Origin: Paragordius varius
Lineage: Eukaryota; Animalia; Nematomorpha
Assembly: GCA_964247055.1 (NCBI GenBank)
Contig: OZ176054.1
Coordinates: 2,976,001-3,040,000 of the forward strand
Direction: 5' to 3'
DNA: 64,000 nucleotides
Shown here: positions 16,752-30,284 of the stretch, in pieces
How the letters are laid out: each line of letters begins with the position of its first letter
How positions within the stretch are numbered: position 1 is the stretch's first letter
Notes under the pieces: model-generated
What the model was told of the DNA's origin: nothing
Databases searched by the model: none
What the model saw: only the letters and a program-made list of their open reading frames with translations
Translations under genes and position numbers: made by a program

Positions 16752-17369
16752 CTAATATAACCGTTTAACCATCCAATAAACAGATTTGTTATACAGCTTA
16801 AGAGGAATATTTGATTGAGTATTCTTTAGTAATTTTTGGTCCTCGGGATTAACTGAATTTTTCTTATAACTAGTTGGCATTTGTGTGAACGAATAACCAC
16901 ATTTTAAATAAAATTGTTGCTTATCAACAGTTGTAAGGTACATTACATTGTAGCCAAGTCGTTTGATATAATTCTCTGCATGTTGAACTAACATGGTCCC
17001 TAATCCATTATTTCGATAATTAATATTTACAACTAAGGATTCTAATAAGCACCCATCAACGATAAGCAGGTGAGATATTTTGACGTATCCAATTACTTTA
17101 TGCAATATGTTATCAATTAAAATAAGTGACGTAGGCAAATTATCAATATTCAGAGCTCTTTCAATTGATATTTTACGTGCATTGTAGCTTCTTTTCCACT
17201 CTGAATTCAAAAGAAAAATTGTTTCATCCAAAAAATCCAAATTCTGGCCAAGCGCTTTAATTGAGTATTTTTGAATGAGTCCAGACAGCGTAAAATTGCA
17301 ATATGATAAAATAAAAGGTGTGATTAATACTGTAATCGCATAAACATAAATTTTGTTACTTAAAACCAT
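16752..17369 (-). CDS. NAA80: N-alpha-acetyltransferase 80-like (actin N-terminal acetyltransferase, GNAT), intronless, 205 aa
   Basis: Motifs LNSEWKRSYNAR, PTSLIL, VIGYVKIS, LLESLVV, YRNNGLGTMLV (acetyl-CoA motif A), YLTTVDKQQFYLKCGY and terminal YWMVKRL align in order with NAA80/NAT6. Start codon and N-terminal extension uncertain. Confidence 0.82.
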   Translation of the reverse strand: MVLSNKIYVYAITVLITPFILSYCNFTLSGLIQKYSIKALGQNLDFLDETIFLLNSEWKRSYNARKISIERALNIDNLPTSLILIDNILHKVIGYVKISHLLIVDGCLLESLVVNINYRNNGLGTMLVQHAENYIKRLGYNVMYLTTVDKQQFYLKCGYSFTQMPTSYKKNSVNPEDQKLLKNTQSNIPLKLYNKSVYWMVKRLY

Positions 17370-17458
17370 TTCTTAAATCTTAATTTTTCTTAAATAAATT
17401 ATTTTATTACAATTGTAAATACATCGATTGTGTAACTATACATTAGTATTTGATAATA

Positions 17459-17463
17459 CATAT

Positions 17464-17512
<49 letters not shown>
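17459..17512. repeat. (TA)n microsatellite
   Basis: Interrupted TA run just upstream of NAA80, next to the left boundary of the large palindrome. Confidence 0.9.
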
Positions 17513-17515
<3 letters not shown>

Positions 17516-17873
17516 TGTCCTAGTATACATATTGGGGGTATATCCCAGAGCTCAATAATGTTAATAAACCACTGTTTTGAAAATAATTAATAGTTTTATG
17601 ATTTTGATTTATTAATTTAAAAAACCCATATATAATTTTTAGCACTTGGTTAATATATTTTATTTTAAACTTTGTTTGAAAGTATGTCCTGTTTCAAGTG
17701 TTGTTCAGAGCTTTTTCGTACCGATTCTCATAACGCGTTTGGGTAACCTATGGATGGATACTACCCTTAATTATATTCCCTGTTATTTGGATCAAAGAAA
17801 GCTATAAAAGATCCTAAGCCTTATTTATACAATAATTTCGCATTTTTGCCACATCATTGGGTGCGATGTGCGA

Positions 17874-18162
17874 TATACCACTTAAACTCAAATTCACCCT
17901 TCAACACTTTATATTATTTACGCTCCTTTCAGATTTTTGTAAATCAAAAATTAATTTTTAATTAAAATTAAAATAAAACAGAAAACGATAGACTATGCCA
18001 TAAAGACATATTTATATTAATAATGGTCAGGTTAGCTCAAACACACATAATTTATTTTTAGGATAAATTTGAAATGTTCGAAGGTGATGTAATGTTCAAG
18101 GGTGAAATTAAGATATTTGAGAGTGAATTTACTTAAATTAAATTTAATATGTAAATGTTATA
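17874..18162. mobile_element. MITE family C copy (left arm; mirror of 46414-46672)
   Basis: TATACCAC...GTAAATGTTATA ends; same intronic position in both arms. Confidence 0.7.
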
Positions 18163-18619
18163 TAATGGTTTTTCCAGGGTCCCATTTGTACTTTTGCAAA
18201 AAATTAAATTTTTGTAAAACTCGTTTAACGATTTTGTATAAAAAATTTATTTTTTTCCAAAGTAGAACTTGCAATTGGATCATTGTATTTAGTTTTTTTT
18301 TTAAAATACAAAAATCTTAATAAACTTTTCTCTTTTTTGATTTGCAAATATTAGTTAACATAAAAATGCACAAAAATCTCAGATAAATTTGGCTCATCTG
18401 TAAAGTGAGCAAACCTATGGTTAGCATGTCGCCACCGAATTATATTAAATTTAATTAAGGAAACTAGATAAACTAAACAAAAAGACTATAATAAAAGGCT
18501 GATTTTATAATGCCAATATATTGTAAAAATAAATTTAAAATTATTTAGGTTTTTAATTTAAGAGTTTTAAAAAAAATTTTGCCATGTCATGATTTAAATG
18601 TAATATGGTGCGAAAATGA

Positions 18620-19194
18620 ATAGCACTTGGATACAACACATTCATTTTAGTCCTTCGATTCAAAGTGGGGTAGTTTACCCCAGGCCTGTTTAAATTAAAT
18701 TCTTTAAAAAATATGGAATGAATTGAAATCATGGCAAAATTTTGCCTTTATATAACATTAATAAACCAAAATATATAAAATTTTTACAAATATACAGGAT
18801 ATAATTTATTTTAAGCTAAAACCGAAAGGTAAAAATTAAGTCAACGTAACATGTGTGCATTGATAAAATTGAAAAATAATACAAAATAAACCGCTTTTTA
18901 TATTTCTATCAATGTTAGATGTAATTTAAATAAAAAATTGGCTTTAATTTTACCCTCAAAATTAAATGAAGGCGATATTTTGCAAAAAGTTAGTAAAAGG
19001 GGCGACGAAGTAGTTTGACATGGAACTTTTTTCTCAAAACAAAATTTTATTTAGATATTTTGGCATAATATAATGTTTATCAGGATAGAAGTATAAATTT
19101 AAATTAAGACCGTTTCCTCTAATAGTTTTTTAAAAATCCTATCCTAAATTTAGTCTGGGGTATTTAGATACCCCAATTTGAATTGAAGTGTTAA
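18620..19194 (+). mobile_element. MITE family A copy 2
   Basis: CACTTGGATACAACAC...CCCCAATTTGAATTGAAGTG-TTAA; left TTAA degenerate; absent from the mirror arm. Confidence 0.85.
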
Positions 19195-20559
19195 TATGAT
19201 TGGTTATATAATATTTGACTCATATTCTCTTTCGACTAGGTTGTAAAATATTTTTTAATACTTTACACACATATGCAATTATTTATAGGAAATTATGCAA
19301 AGGCTTTTTTTTGATAGCTTGTTAAACATTCATTTCCTTTTATTGGTTTATTAAACCCAATAAGTTTTAAATCAAAATTTGCCATCATAGCTATTCAAGT
19401 AATATCAGTTTTTCTATCATTTAAAAATTAACCTTTAATAGGATCTGTTTATAGATTTTCGCAGATCTCATACTGTTGTTTCCTGAACCCTAAGGTTAGT
19501 TTTTAATATGGTCCTCTAGTTCACGAAAGCAGCGTATTATTTTCCCCAAAAATATTTTAGGCGTTTTTTTAGTTCAACCATGCTTGGCTGAACGCGGACG
19601 GAACTTTTTTAATTTTTTTAACATTAGGAAACTAGATTAATATAATTCGTAATGTATTCCTAATGTGGAAAAACATTCGAATAAGTTAGGGTATATATGT
19701 TAGCTATTTGCCCGTTGTAAGGTGTCAATAAAGTCTTATGACAAAAAATTTCGTATCCAACCCGATTTTATTAACCAATATCGTGTGTTTTCACTATTAT
19801 TATAAGTTCCATTTCCACTCACCATTATCTATTTACAACGGCTAAAAAACATCAATGGGACCGATATATAAAGATATATTCTTTCCCACATACTCCTATC
19901 GGAATATAAGATTATTTAATGAATATGTATAATTGATATTAGAGACTAGATTTAATATTCTCATAGTCTGGAATCTTAGGTATATAAAACTATTACGCAG
20001 AATCACGATTGCCCCAAATCAGCAATACCTATGACTCAGGGTTTCATTCTTATGCCTAATGTCGGATTGTCGGTTAAATCGACATCAAAAAATAATATCG
20101 CAGATTATTTTCTTTGTCTTTCTCTCCGAATTTAACCTATTCTTAGAGAGATATTTAAATTTGTGCTTAGTCGACTGCGCGTTGGCCCTCTAATACGGAA
20201 GTCTCGAAACCAACTGCCAAATCAAATATATAAATATGTATATTAAATTTGTATTCGGCGGTTTTATGTACATATTATTCAGATCTCCTTTTATCCACAA
20301 ACTAAATAACATCCAGTTAAACCATAATTTTTCTCCTAGAATAATATAATTTATTCTACTACTTCTTTTCTGCCCCTGCAACGCTCTCGCATCCGGCTAG
20401 TATTTCGGAATCCCTAATTAAAATTGAATATATTTTTTCCTATACAATATTAAAATACCCTGGTTTCTCTTAACATTTTGAATTTTAAAAAGTAGGCTTT
20501 ATGTATATCGAATTGTAACGTATTAATTTTTTAATAATTTTATACTGAAAACATGGTAC

Positions 20560-20605
<46 letters not shown>

Positions 20606-21315
20606 AAACATGGATCGCTTTATCAACAATCATTTATAGTTTTTAATATTTCAAGCTTTTATAAAATTCAAAAATTATTGAAAATTACAATTGATCTTAC
20701 AAAAATGTTTAACCCTCATCTTTGATAACAAACAAATAGTATCCTCATTCTAAATCAATGGTACTCTAACTGTGGGCCACGGACTACATTAGACCCTAAA
20801 AATGCTTTCATACGGAACTAATTATCCACTAAAGGTTGATTTCATTGTTCAATGATCGCTTAAAAATAAAATGGGTGGTAAAATTTAATTTATTTTCTTA
20901 TTTTATAATTTAGAAATATCGGAAATGTTTTTTTTTGTAATTTTCTATTTTTATTCTATATGAATTTATTTGAGAACATTTTCAGTTTTTTCATTAAAGT
21001 TATTTACAAGACACAACACATATTGAAAAAATGAATAGAAAAAACACAAACCCTTTATCGAGAAATCCTAATTATTAATGGTTGCAATTATTAATTTATG
21101 AATTTAATCAAGATCTAATCATAGATCAGTTAAAAACTGCAGTTTGTTAATTCATTATGATTTGGACGCATTAAATACATGTTAAAATTTATCGTTATCA
21201 TTATATTGATGCCTTTAAGAAGTTGCAATATTATTGTATAGTTATTGATTTTATAACTTTATACTACAGTAAATACTATCATAATTTTGTTATGACAACT
21301 AACGAATATCTAAAA

Positions 21316-21569
21316 CAGGGGTGTCCAACACAAATGGCTTCGCGGCCGCATTTTTGGACAAAAAAATCTGGTGAGCCGAATTCACAAAATATATGGATAT
21401 CAGCAATATATTAAATATAAACAAAAGATTATTAAAACTACTATTTATTTTAATAATTGTTGTTAGTTTTTTACCAAATTAGGAAGTAATTTGTTTAAAA
21501 AAATTAACTTTACTTAGATTTCGTATTTCTCGAAAGGGCCTCATGCGGGCCGCGTTTTGGCCACCCCTG
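21316..21569. mobile_element. hAT-type MITE (family E), left arm
   Basis: CAGGGGTGTCCAAC...GGCCACCCCTG with 8-bp TSD ATCTAAAA/ATCTAATA. Confidence 0.85.
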
Positions 21570-22657
21570 ATCTAATATTACCAATAATAAATACAACACA
21601 TAATAAATATTTTTTTAGAATATAATTGTATATTTTTGAAATATTTTGTCCCTATTTATACGGATGGTTGTCTATCTTATATTGGAATCACTAATAGACT
21701 TACCTTTTTTATAAAAATTATCTGCGAAACCTTTTGTCCTTTTATTGTATAGAAACATAGTTGCGTGCCTTTAATATGAGTTCAATTCGGTAATTGAAAC
21801 GGTTGATGACATTAACGTCAATCGGTTAGAGAATTTAAACATCGTATCAAAATCTAAAATAAATTATATAAGTATTACTAAGGCAATAAATTTAATACAA
21901 ATCTTCCAGTTAACAAAACAACATTAATCATATATTTTCGCGAGAAAAATTAATATTAAAAGGAAATTTTATTTATTCATTAATTTTCCATTTAAACGAC
22001 TCATGAAGAATATATTGAAATCACTATAATAATAGGTAATTTTCATGCAAGGTGCTCACAAAAAAATATTCTGAAACATATTTATTGAGATAGGAAAATG
22101 AAGCAGGAATATCATGGGGCTTTTGGTTTTGGCTCTTACGAGTGATATATGAAAGTTATTTCCACTTTTGTGGTAACTTGTTCCATATCAGAAAATAATT
22201 TGGGCACACTTTGTTAAATTTTTTGGGTTAAAGCTAAATTCTACATTCCAAAAAATATCACTAAAATATATAAGAAACCACATACACAAAGAAAAACAAT
22301 TTTTTATAAATTTTTAATTTTTATATGTGGGCCGAAAGTCCCAAATTTTTAAACTCGTTCAAAATGTGCGAATTCTTTTAAAATAAAAACAAATTCCCAA
22401 GATTGTGCGGTAAAAATTTTAAATATATGCTAAATTTTGACATCAAAAAGGTTTTTCCGAAAAAATGGATTATTTGCTTAAAAATCTAATTTATAGCAAA
22501 ATTTTGTCAAAGCGTACTTCATACTATCTTGAGGTATGGTGGAAACGGTATAAAAAGGATTTAAAATATTATAAAAGCACTTATTCCATATAATTTGATG
22601 ATGTCGAACATTTCTATCACCTCAGAAATATGATTAAAAAATATTTCAAAATTATTG

Positions 22658-23217
22658 TTAACACTTGGATACAGCACACTCATTTTAGTCCTTCGATTCA
22701 AATTGGGGTAGTTGGATACCCCAGGCCTTAAAATCAAATATTTTATAAAGTATGGAAGAAATCGAAACCATGGCAAAACTGTACACTATAACATTAATAA
22801 ACCGAAATAAAAAAAATTATTCAAAAATACTTGTTATTACTTATTTTAAAACCAAAAGGTAATTTCGTCAACCAGACATGGGTGAAATGGTAATATTAAA
22901 TAATACAAAATAAACCGCTTTTTCCTTTTCTATCAATGTGAGATGTAATTTAAATAAAAAATTAGCTTAAATTTTACCCTTAAAATTAAGATTATATTTT
23001 GCAAAAATTTTGTAAACTAACAATGGCGTCGAAGTAGTTTGACATGGACCTTTTTTTTCAAAACAAAATAAAGATATTTTGGCATTATTTATATATTTTT
23101 TATCAGGAGATAAGCATAAATTTAAATTGGAACCGTTGCCTTTAGTAGTTTTTTAAAAATATTAGTTTAAATTTAGTCTGGGGTATTTAGATACCCCAAT
23201 TTGAATCAAAGTGTTAA
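22658..23217 (+). mobile_element. MITE family A copy 3
   Basis: TTAA at both ends and full consensus termini; sits at the apex of a local tail-to-tail palindrome. Confidence 0.9.
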
Positions 23218-26039
23218 ATAAAATTGTTTTTTTTAACTCAAATTAAGCAAACGAACCTTTAGATCAAAACACAAAAGAGATTGAAATGTTCGGCATCATC
23301 ACTGATATTTTAAAGCGTTTTTATACCGTTTCCATGAAAAGGAAACACTTTTAATATATTTTTAGTTTATGTTAATGTTGGCATATAATTAACATTCTTG
23401 TCGCGCATCGGCATTTTTGCGTTATATTAAGAGAACTAGCCTATTTTGGAATAGGGAAATAGTTTGGGTCTTCCCAATCTAAAAATTTAAATTTTACAAA
23501 AATATTGTTTTGCTTCTTATATGTGATTGATATATTTTGATATTTTTTGGAATTAAGCATTTAACTATAATCTAAAAACTTTATTTTTGTCATATTCTGA
23601 TATGGAGCAGATGGCACAAAAGTGTAAATAACTTTCTCCGATCGTTTCTAAGGGCCATAACCAAAAACCCCATAACAATCCTGATACATTTTCTCATCAC
23701 AATATACAAATTTCATCATATATTTTGTATATGTAAAGATACAGCCAACGAAATGTATAATCAACCATACAACTTTTTCTTAAATTTTGCGGTGTAAGGG
23801 GTAGAGTTGAATAATTGATTATGCTGAATATTTTGATTGACTTAACCCTTTTTTGATGGTGTTTTACAATAAAACATCAAGTGATGCTCACCAAATTGAT
23901 TTGACGGGCCATTGATATATTTTTAAGGGCCGTACGCCACATTATTTCAAAATTGTATGGTTTTTTCCAGGCATGCATATATTTTTACACTAAATCAGTA
24001 TGAGATTTTCTGAGGTTCGCATATTCTTCATAGCTAAAATGCTTCTTGTCCTATAAAGTTTGAATAATATAAATATTTTGATTGTAAAATTTATTATTAA
24101 TCATGTAATTGGATATATTTAAATATAAACTATTATAATTAAACTATTAAGTCTAATCACTACATGCATAACTTAATACGTCATTTATACGGACTATCAA
24201 GCGATCTTAAATGGAATTTCGTTTATGAATGCGCTAAGTCGTATGTTTAAGTTGAGGAAAAATAAAAATAACTTTCCCACTTAAACGACTCATGAAGAAA
24301 ATATGAAAGTTACTGATGGAATCAACCCAATATTAATGATTTGTATCTGACGAAATAAAACTTAGAATTCAGGATTTATGAAATAACGTTGAAAATTCAT
24401 GGCTAATGAACATACCAAATATGAAGCAACATGTGCAATTCGTTGATTATATCGATTTCAAAAATTATTTTAATTTGTATGCTATATAGTAACCGAAAAA
24501 CAAATGGTATTTCGAGTTTTGGCAGGATGCGAAATAAATGTGTAAATGTAATATAATAGTATCAAGGTATTCTTGCTCTTTTACCAGAACCCACACCTGC
24601 TAATCGGCCCATTCATAAACGAATTTCCATTAAAAAATCGCTTGATAGACCATATGAAGACAAGATTGATTTGTCATATATGATATGAGATTGGTTATTT
24701 ATACATTTAACTAATGGCACCAAAAGACCATTATCTGGAAAATAATGCGACCTTTAAAAAATCTATTGATTTAGTGTATGAATATCTCGGTGTTAGACAA
24801 AGAGCTATGCAATTTCTGGAATTATGCGGTGCACGGCCCTAAGATAATAAAATATATTAGTTAGCTTTAAAATAATTTGGTGACCACTGATGTAGGTTAT
24901 GTTGTAAATCAGCATAAAAAAGTGGTTTAACACACTAAGCATTAATCAACCATTCAACTTTGCTCCTTATATCGAAAAATTTGACCAGCAGAAGTTGAAT
25001 GGTTATTTGGTGATAAAATCAATTTGTTATCTCATTAAAATTTGTAGAGTAACAACTTTAATTATATTGAATATTAATTAAAAATTAAATTAAAGGAAAC
25101 TAGTCAATTTACCGATACTATTGATCGCATAATTTATTGGTATAAGGAGTAAAGTTGAATGGCTGATTAATGATGAACTCAATTTGCTATCTGTTCAAAC
25201 AAAGCATTGAAAACAGTAATCAAAGGAATGTTATTATATTGAGCATCGCTAACTATTAAGTTAAATAAATTCGATTGATGCAGATTCTCTTGACCGCCAC
25301 AATTTCTCGGAGAAAAGAATGGTTGATTTACGCTGAATATGTTAACTGTTTGAACCCCTTTTTAATGCTGTTTTACAAACATAATTTACATCTGGCGCTC
25401 ACCACATTATTTCAATTAAATATTTCTTGTCTTAGGGGTGTACCAGATAATCTCCAAATTCCCTAGGTCTTTTTTAAGCGCGTAGTACGCCGAAATCTTT
25501 TGATTTTCGCATATATTTTATCAGGTAAAATGTCTCTTTTGCCATTTAGTTTGATAAATATAAATATTTTGATTTTATTATCAAACACACCTATTCTAGT
25601 ATTAAACCTTATTATTAAACCAGCTTGGTTTAACATCATGACAAGCCAATCTTAATCAAAATCCATATCGGGTTTCATAAGCTCTAAGTAGAATTCCTTT
25701 ATGAATATGCCTACTCGCATGCGTGAATTGAAGGAAAACAGTAGAAATAACTCTATTCATGAATTCTCACTTAAAATTACTCATGAAAAAAATATAGAAA
25801 ATAATGGAATTGACCCAATACTAGGAATTTATGAAATGGAATTTAGAATCCAGGATTTAAGAAATAACTTTAAAATTCATGGCTCATATACATGCCAAAT
25901 ATGATAACAAGTGCAATCGCCTTTATCTATGGATATCTTGTTAAAAAATTCATCGATCTGAAAATATTTTAATTTTGAATTTTATAAAACCGCTAACAAG
26001 AATGGTGTATTGAGTTTTGGCAAGATAAGTCAAATAAAT

Positions 26040-27025
26040 ATGAAAACATATGTTATTTCTATTGTTTTCCGTCAATTTCCACATGCAAGTCGGCATATTT
26101 ATGAATGAATTTCCATTTAGAGATCGCCCAATACCCCATATAAATGACCTATTAAGATTAGACTGAGAGGATGTTAAATCATGTTATAGCTAATAAATCT
26201 TAAAATTAAAATATTTATATTTATCAATTTAAACGACACAAGACACATTTTAACTGTGAATTATATTCAATCCTCAAATTCCGGTGTACTCATATCTTAA
26301 ATATCTGCGTGCTTGACAGAGTTATCGAATTATGCGATGCACGGCCCTAAAAATAAAAAATATTTTAGTGGGCCCGTTGAATTAATTTGGTGAGCACCAC
26401 TGAGCTAAACTATGTTATATTATAAGGCATAAAAAAGGGGTGTAATTATTTAAAATCAGCATTATCAACCATTCAACTTTACCTCTTATACCAAGAAATT
26501 GGGGTGTTCAACAGTATTATCGAGTTTCCTTCAACTTGATTGTCAATGATATTCAATACAATTACACTCAACCTTGTGATTTTAAGGCTGCTTCCGAAAT
26601 CGGGATGTATAAATATCCTAATGAAATATTATTCTAATAGGAAAATTTATCAAGATATAATGTGGCATTTGGTTTGGGCACTTACAAGTTAGGAAGTTTT
26701 TTACACTTTAAGGTAAGTACGCCATATCAAAAAATGGCGGCGCACATGTTCATTAATGCTTCATTCCATAAAATATCACTAAAATATATTATGAATTACA
26801 TATAAAGAGCAAAACAATACTTTTGTAAAATTTTAATACTTTTAGATTTGGGCTCCAAAAGTCCCAAATTTTTTGCCATTCTAACATGGGCCAGTGCTTC
26901 ATTGAACGCAAAAATGCCGACCGAGATTATGCGATAATTTTATATATACTGGCATCAAAAAAAAGTTTTTATCGAAAAAATGAATTATTTGCCAAAATAT
27001 TAGCAAACTTTTGTTAAGGCATACC
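26040..27025 (+). pseudogene. Representative copy of the unidentified array gene (micro-intron gene, disabled)
   Basis: Peptide motifs conserved across copies: MNEFPFRDR (26101-26127), ELCDARP (~26333), INHSTL, YNVAFGLGTY, ERKNADRDYA (26904-); GT-AG segment of 21 nt at 26825-26845; stops and frameshifts present. Confidence 0.6.
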
Positions 27026-27289
27026 TAAGGTGACCAGACGTCCCGCTTTTTCACACTTTGTCCCGCGTCCCGCTACGTTTTTATAATGTCCCGCTTTTTC
27101 ACGATTATTTTAAAAAAAAATTTTTTAATACAAATAAATATCCGTTTAAATTTTTTATCATTAAATATCTTTAAAATCTATTGAATTTTAAATTAAAACT
27201 TTTTATTTTTAAATTAAAAATATTTATTTCGAATTTATATCATATGATTATACACTTTGCTTCCTACTATTATTGTCATCATTATCAAA

Positions 27290-27575
27290 AAGCCAAGTTA
27301 ATACCACAAATCTCTAGATTTAAAGACAAATTAATACCACAAATCGGTAGCTTAAAAGACAAATTGATACCACAAATCGGTACCTTACACGTTTATTTCA
27401 GAAATTTAAGGTAATATAATATTTATTATACTAATATTTTAGTTTATTACTTGCCAACATTATTAAAAAGCTAAATTAATACCACAAATCAGTAGCTTAA
27501 AAGACAAATTGATACCACAAATCGGTACCTTACACGTTTATTCCAGAAAATTAAGGTAATATAATATTTATTATA
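27290..27575. repeat. 33-bp subterminal tandem repeats inside the hAT element
   Basis: AAATT(A/G)ATACCACAAATC(G/A)GTAGCTTAAAAGAC units in two clusters produced by a larger local duplication. Confidence 0.8.
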
Positions 27576-29469
27576 CTAATAGTAGTTTATAATATGAGCA
27601 CAAAAAGAGGTTGTAAATTCAACGATGAATTAATGAAAGATTTTCCTTTTATCAAAAAAAACGAAGAATGAATCATCTGTTAAATGTCTTATATGCGAGG
27701 GGGAATTCACCCTAGCACATGGCGGCAAGCATGATATTCCAAAGCATATGGAAACACAGAAACATAAAAAATGTTTAGATATGGCGGAATGATCTTACAA
27801 AATGAGCGATTTTTTTCGAAAAACCGCTTTTGGAGAGGAAGAAAAGAATTTGGCACTAGCTGAGGGAGTGTTATCTTTTCACGCCGTTAATCACAATCAT
27901 TCCTTTAGATCTATGGACTGTACCTCACAGGTTATTCGCACGTTATTCCATAAAAAATTTACATGTGCCCGTACAAAGGCTGAAGCCATTGTGTGGAATG
28001 TCCTTTCGCCACATTTATTTTTCGAAATACAAATAGATTTGCTGAAAATTAATTTCTTATCCCTATACTCTGATGCATCAAATCACCATGAAACAAAATT
28101 ATTTCACACTTTAATAAGATATTTTGATTCAGAAATTGGAGTAAAAATTAAAACTTTATATTTAATTTCTCTACCCCGTGAAAATTCCGAAATAAAATTT
28201 ACATCAATAATGCATATTCTAGAAAAAAATAATTTAAAAGACAAAATTATCGCATATTGCGCTGACAACACCAATACGAACTTTGGTGGAAAAGCAAGGA
28301 GGGGAACAAAAAATATTTTTCATAAATTAACAGATATTCTTAATCAAAACATTATTGGCGTTGCGCATATAATACACAACGCTATTCAAACAGCTGCTGA
28401 TTTGTAACCCCTAGATGTGGAAATGTAGTTGTTAAAATATATTCCTAATTTATATACACGGTACGTGTTGAAACGCTAGAATTCTGTGAAAATGCAGAAG
28501 TTCAATATCAAAAAATGCTTGGATATTGTAAAACTCGTTGGTTAGCTTTTATGCCAGCCATCGAAAGAATTTTAAAAATGTATGATCCTTTAAAATCTTT
28601 TTTTATTAAAGGACAAATGTCCTACAACTTTTAATAAGTTTTTGAAAGCGGTTCTTCAAAAATAAGGTTGAGTTCCTTCATAATCAAGCTTCTCTCTTTC
28701 AAAATGTAATTAAATTGATAGAAGGTGACAAAATTTCGGCAATCGAAATAGCCAATGAAGTTAGTAACCTAAAATTCCAATGTCAAGAAAGGTTAGAAAA
28801 TAATTTTATACCATTAACCATCCGTAATATTATAAATAATTTAGAAAAACAAGGCTTAATAAATCGCCAAGATATCCTGTACCATATAAAAATGTTTTAT
28901 ACAAACTGTAAAGATTATTTGGAAGACTGGACGACGCAATTTAATGAAATTGATCATTTTCATTGGATAACATTAAAATCAGAATTTAATTGGTGCGATG
29001 TTTAAAAATTTGATATCTGCTCCCAAAAAATTCTCAAAAAGTAATCTTTCAGAAAATGATCTTTTGTCTGAAGTATCATTAGTTAAAAGATATAATAATA
29101 ATGAAAAACTTAAATTATGGACAAAAAAATATACAGTAGAAAAGAATGGTTGGAAATATTTCATCATTTTGAAGCCAACTATATTACATACAATAAATAA
29201 TATAAAATTGTGGAATTCGCACTATCTTTACCTGGAACCAACGCTGCTACTGAGCGCGTTTTTTCCACAGTAAATCAGGTGTGGACATCGGAAAAATCAA
29301 ATTTAAATGTTGAAACTTTAAAGGCTGTTTTATCCGTCAAATATAATTTGACAAATTCTTGTGAAGACTTCTACAATATAATGATGACAATCTGCTAAAA
29401 CGCATTCACTCAAACAAAAATATACCAAAGAATAAAATATTTTCTTATATTTATAAAAAAAAACAAAAA

Positions 29470-30284
29470 TACTTATAATATTGTATACTTCATAATTTGT
29501 CAAATTATATTTGAACACATAAAATGGTTTTTATTCAACATTTAAATTTGATTCCGTGTCCTTACTTAATTTACTGTGGAAAAACGCGTTCAATAGCAGT
29601 GGTGCAGGTAAAGATAATGCAAATTCTACAATTAAAATATTATTGTATGGAACATAATTTGTTTAAAAATGATTATTTTAACCATTTCTATCCTACGTAT
29701 TTTTCTATTGTCCATAATATAAGTTTTTATTCAATATATTCATTTAATAATGAGACTTCATAAAAAAGTGTCATTGTGCACCGTCTTGTCTTCCAAATAA
29801 TCGTTTCTGTTTGTATAAAACATTTTTATATTCTGGCTATTCATTGAGCCTTGTTTTTCTGGATGCTTTATAATATTGCGATTAGGTTATGGTATAAAAT
29901 TATTTTCTAACCTTTTTTGACTTGGAATTATGACCTTTGTCCTGTGATAAAAAATAGGATTCTAGGAGATCACATTTTTATAAATATTTCAATCGCTGGC
30001 AAAAGAGCTACAACAGTTCTACAATATCCAAGCATTTTAACATCTATATTTTCAACATCTAGGGGTAACAAATCAGTACCTGTTTGAATAGCGTTGAGTA
30101 TCTGCCAATAATGTTTTGATTAAGATTATTCGCTAAATTGTTAAAAATATTTTTTGTGCCGCTTCTTGCATCACCCAGCGCACTTTGTGACGATTTCGTC
30201 TTTATTATCTTTTTCTAGAATATTAAAATCACTTCACCTTTTGTTCGTGCACTAAATTTATTGAATTAGGTACAAACAACCTGT
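29470..30284 (-). mobile_element. Inverted, deletion-condensed copy of the same hAT transposase inside the element
   Basis: The reverse complement matches, in order, forward segments ~27925-27990, 28217-28250, 28310-28420, 28515-28590, 28785-28935 and 29060-29390 (e.g. ATCTTTACCTG..GCGTTTTT..CCACAGTAAAT, CAAATATAATTTGACAAATT). Confidence 0.85.

Larger units (their letters stand above)
17555..19490 (+). pseudogene. Disabled partial mirror copy of the class B GPCR gene (TM3-TM7 exons)
   Basis: LFQVLFRAFSYRFS*RVWVTYGWILP (TAA at 17731); internal deletion in TM3; frameshifted TM5b (~18403), TM6 (~19289) and TM7 (..YCCFLNPK, ~19455-19494) exons; C-tail exon absent. Synonymous differences in VELAI imply past selection. 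Confidence 0.85.
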
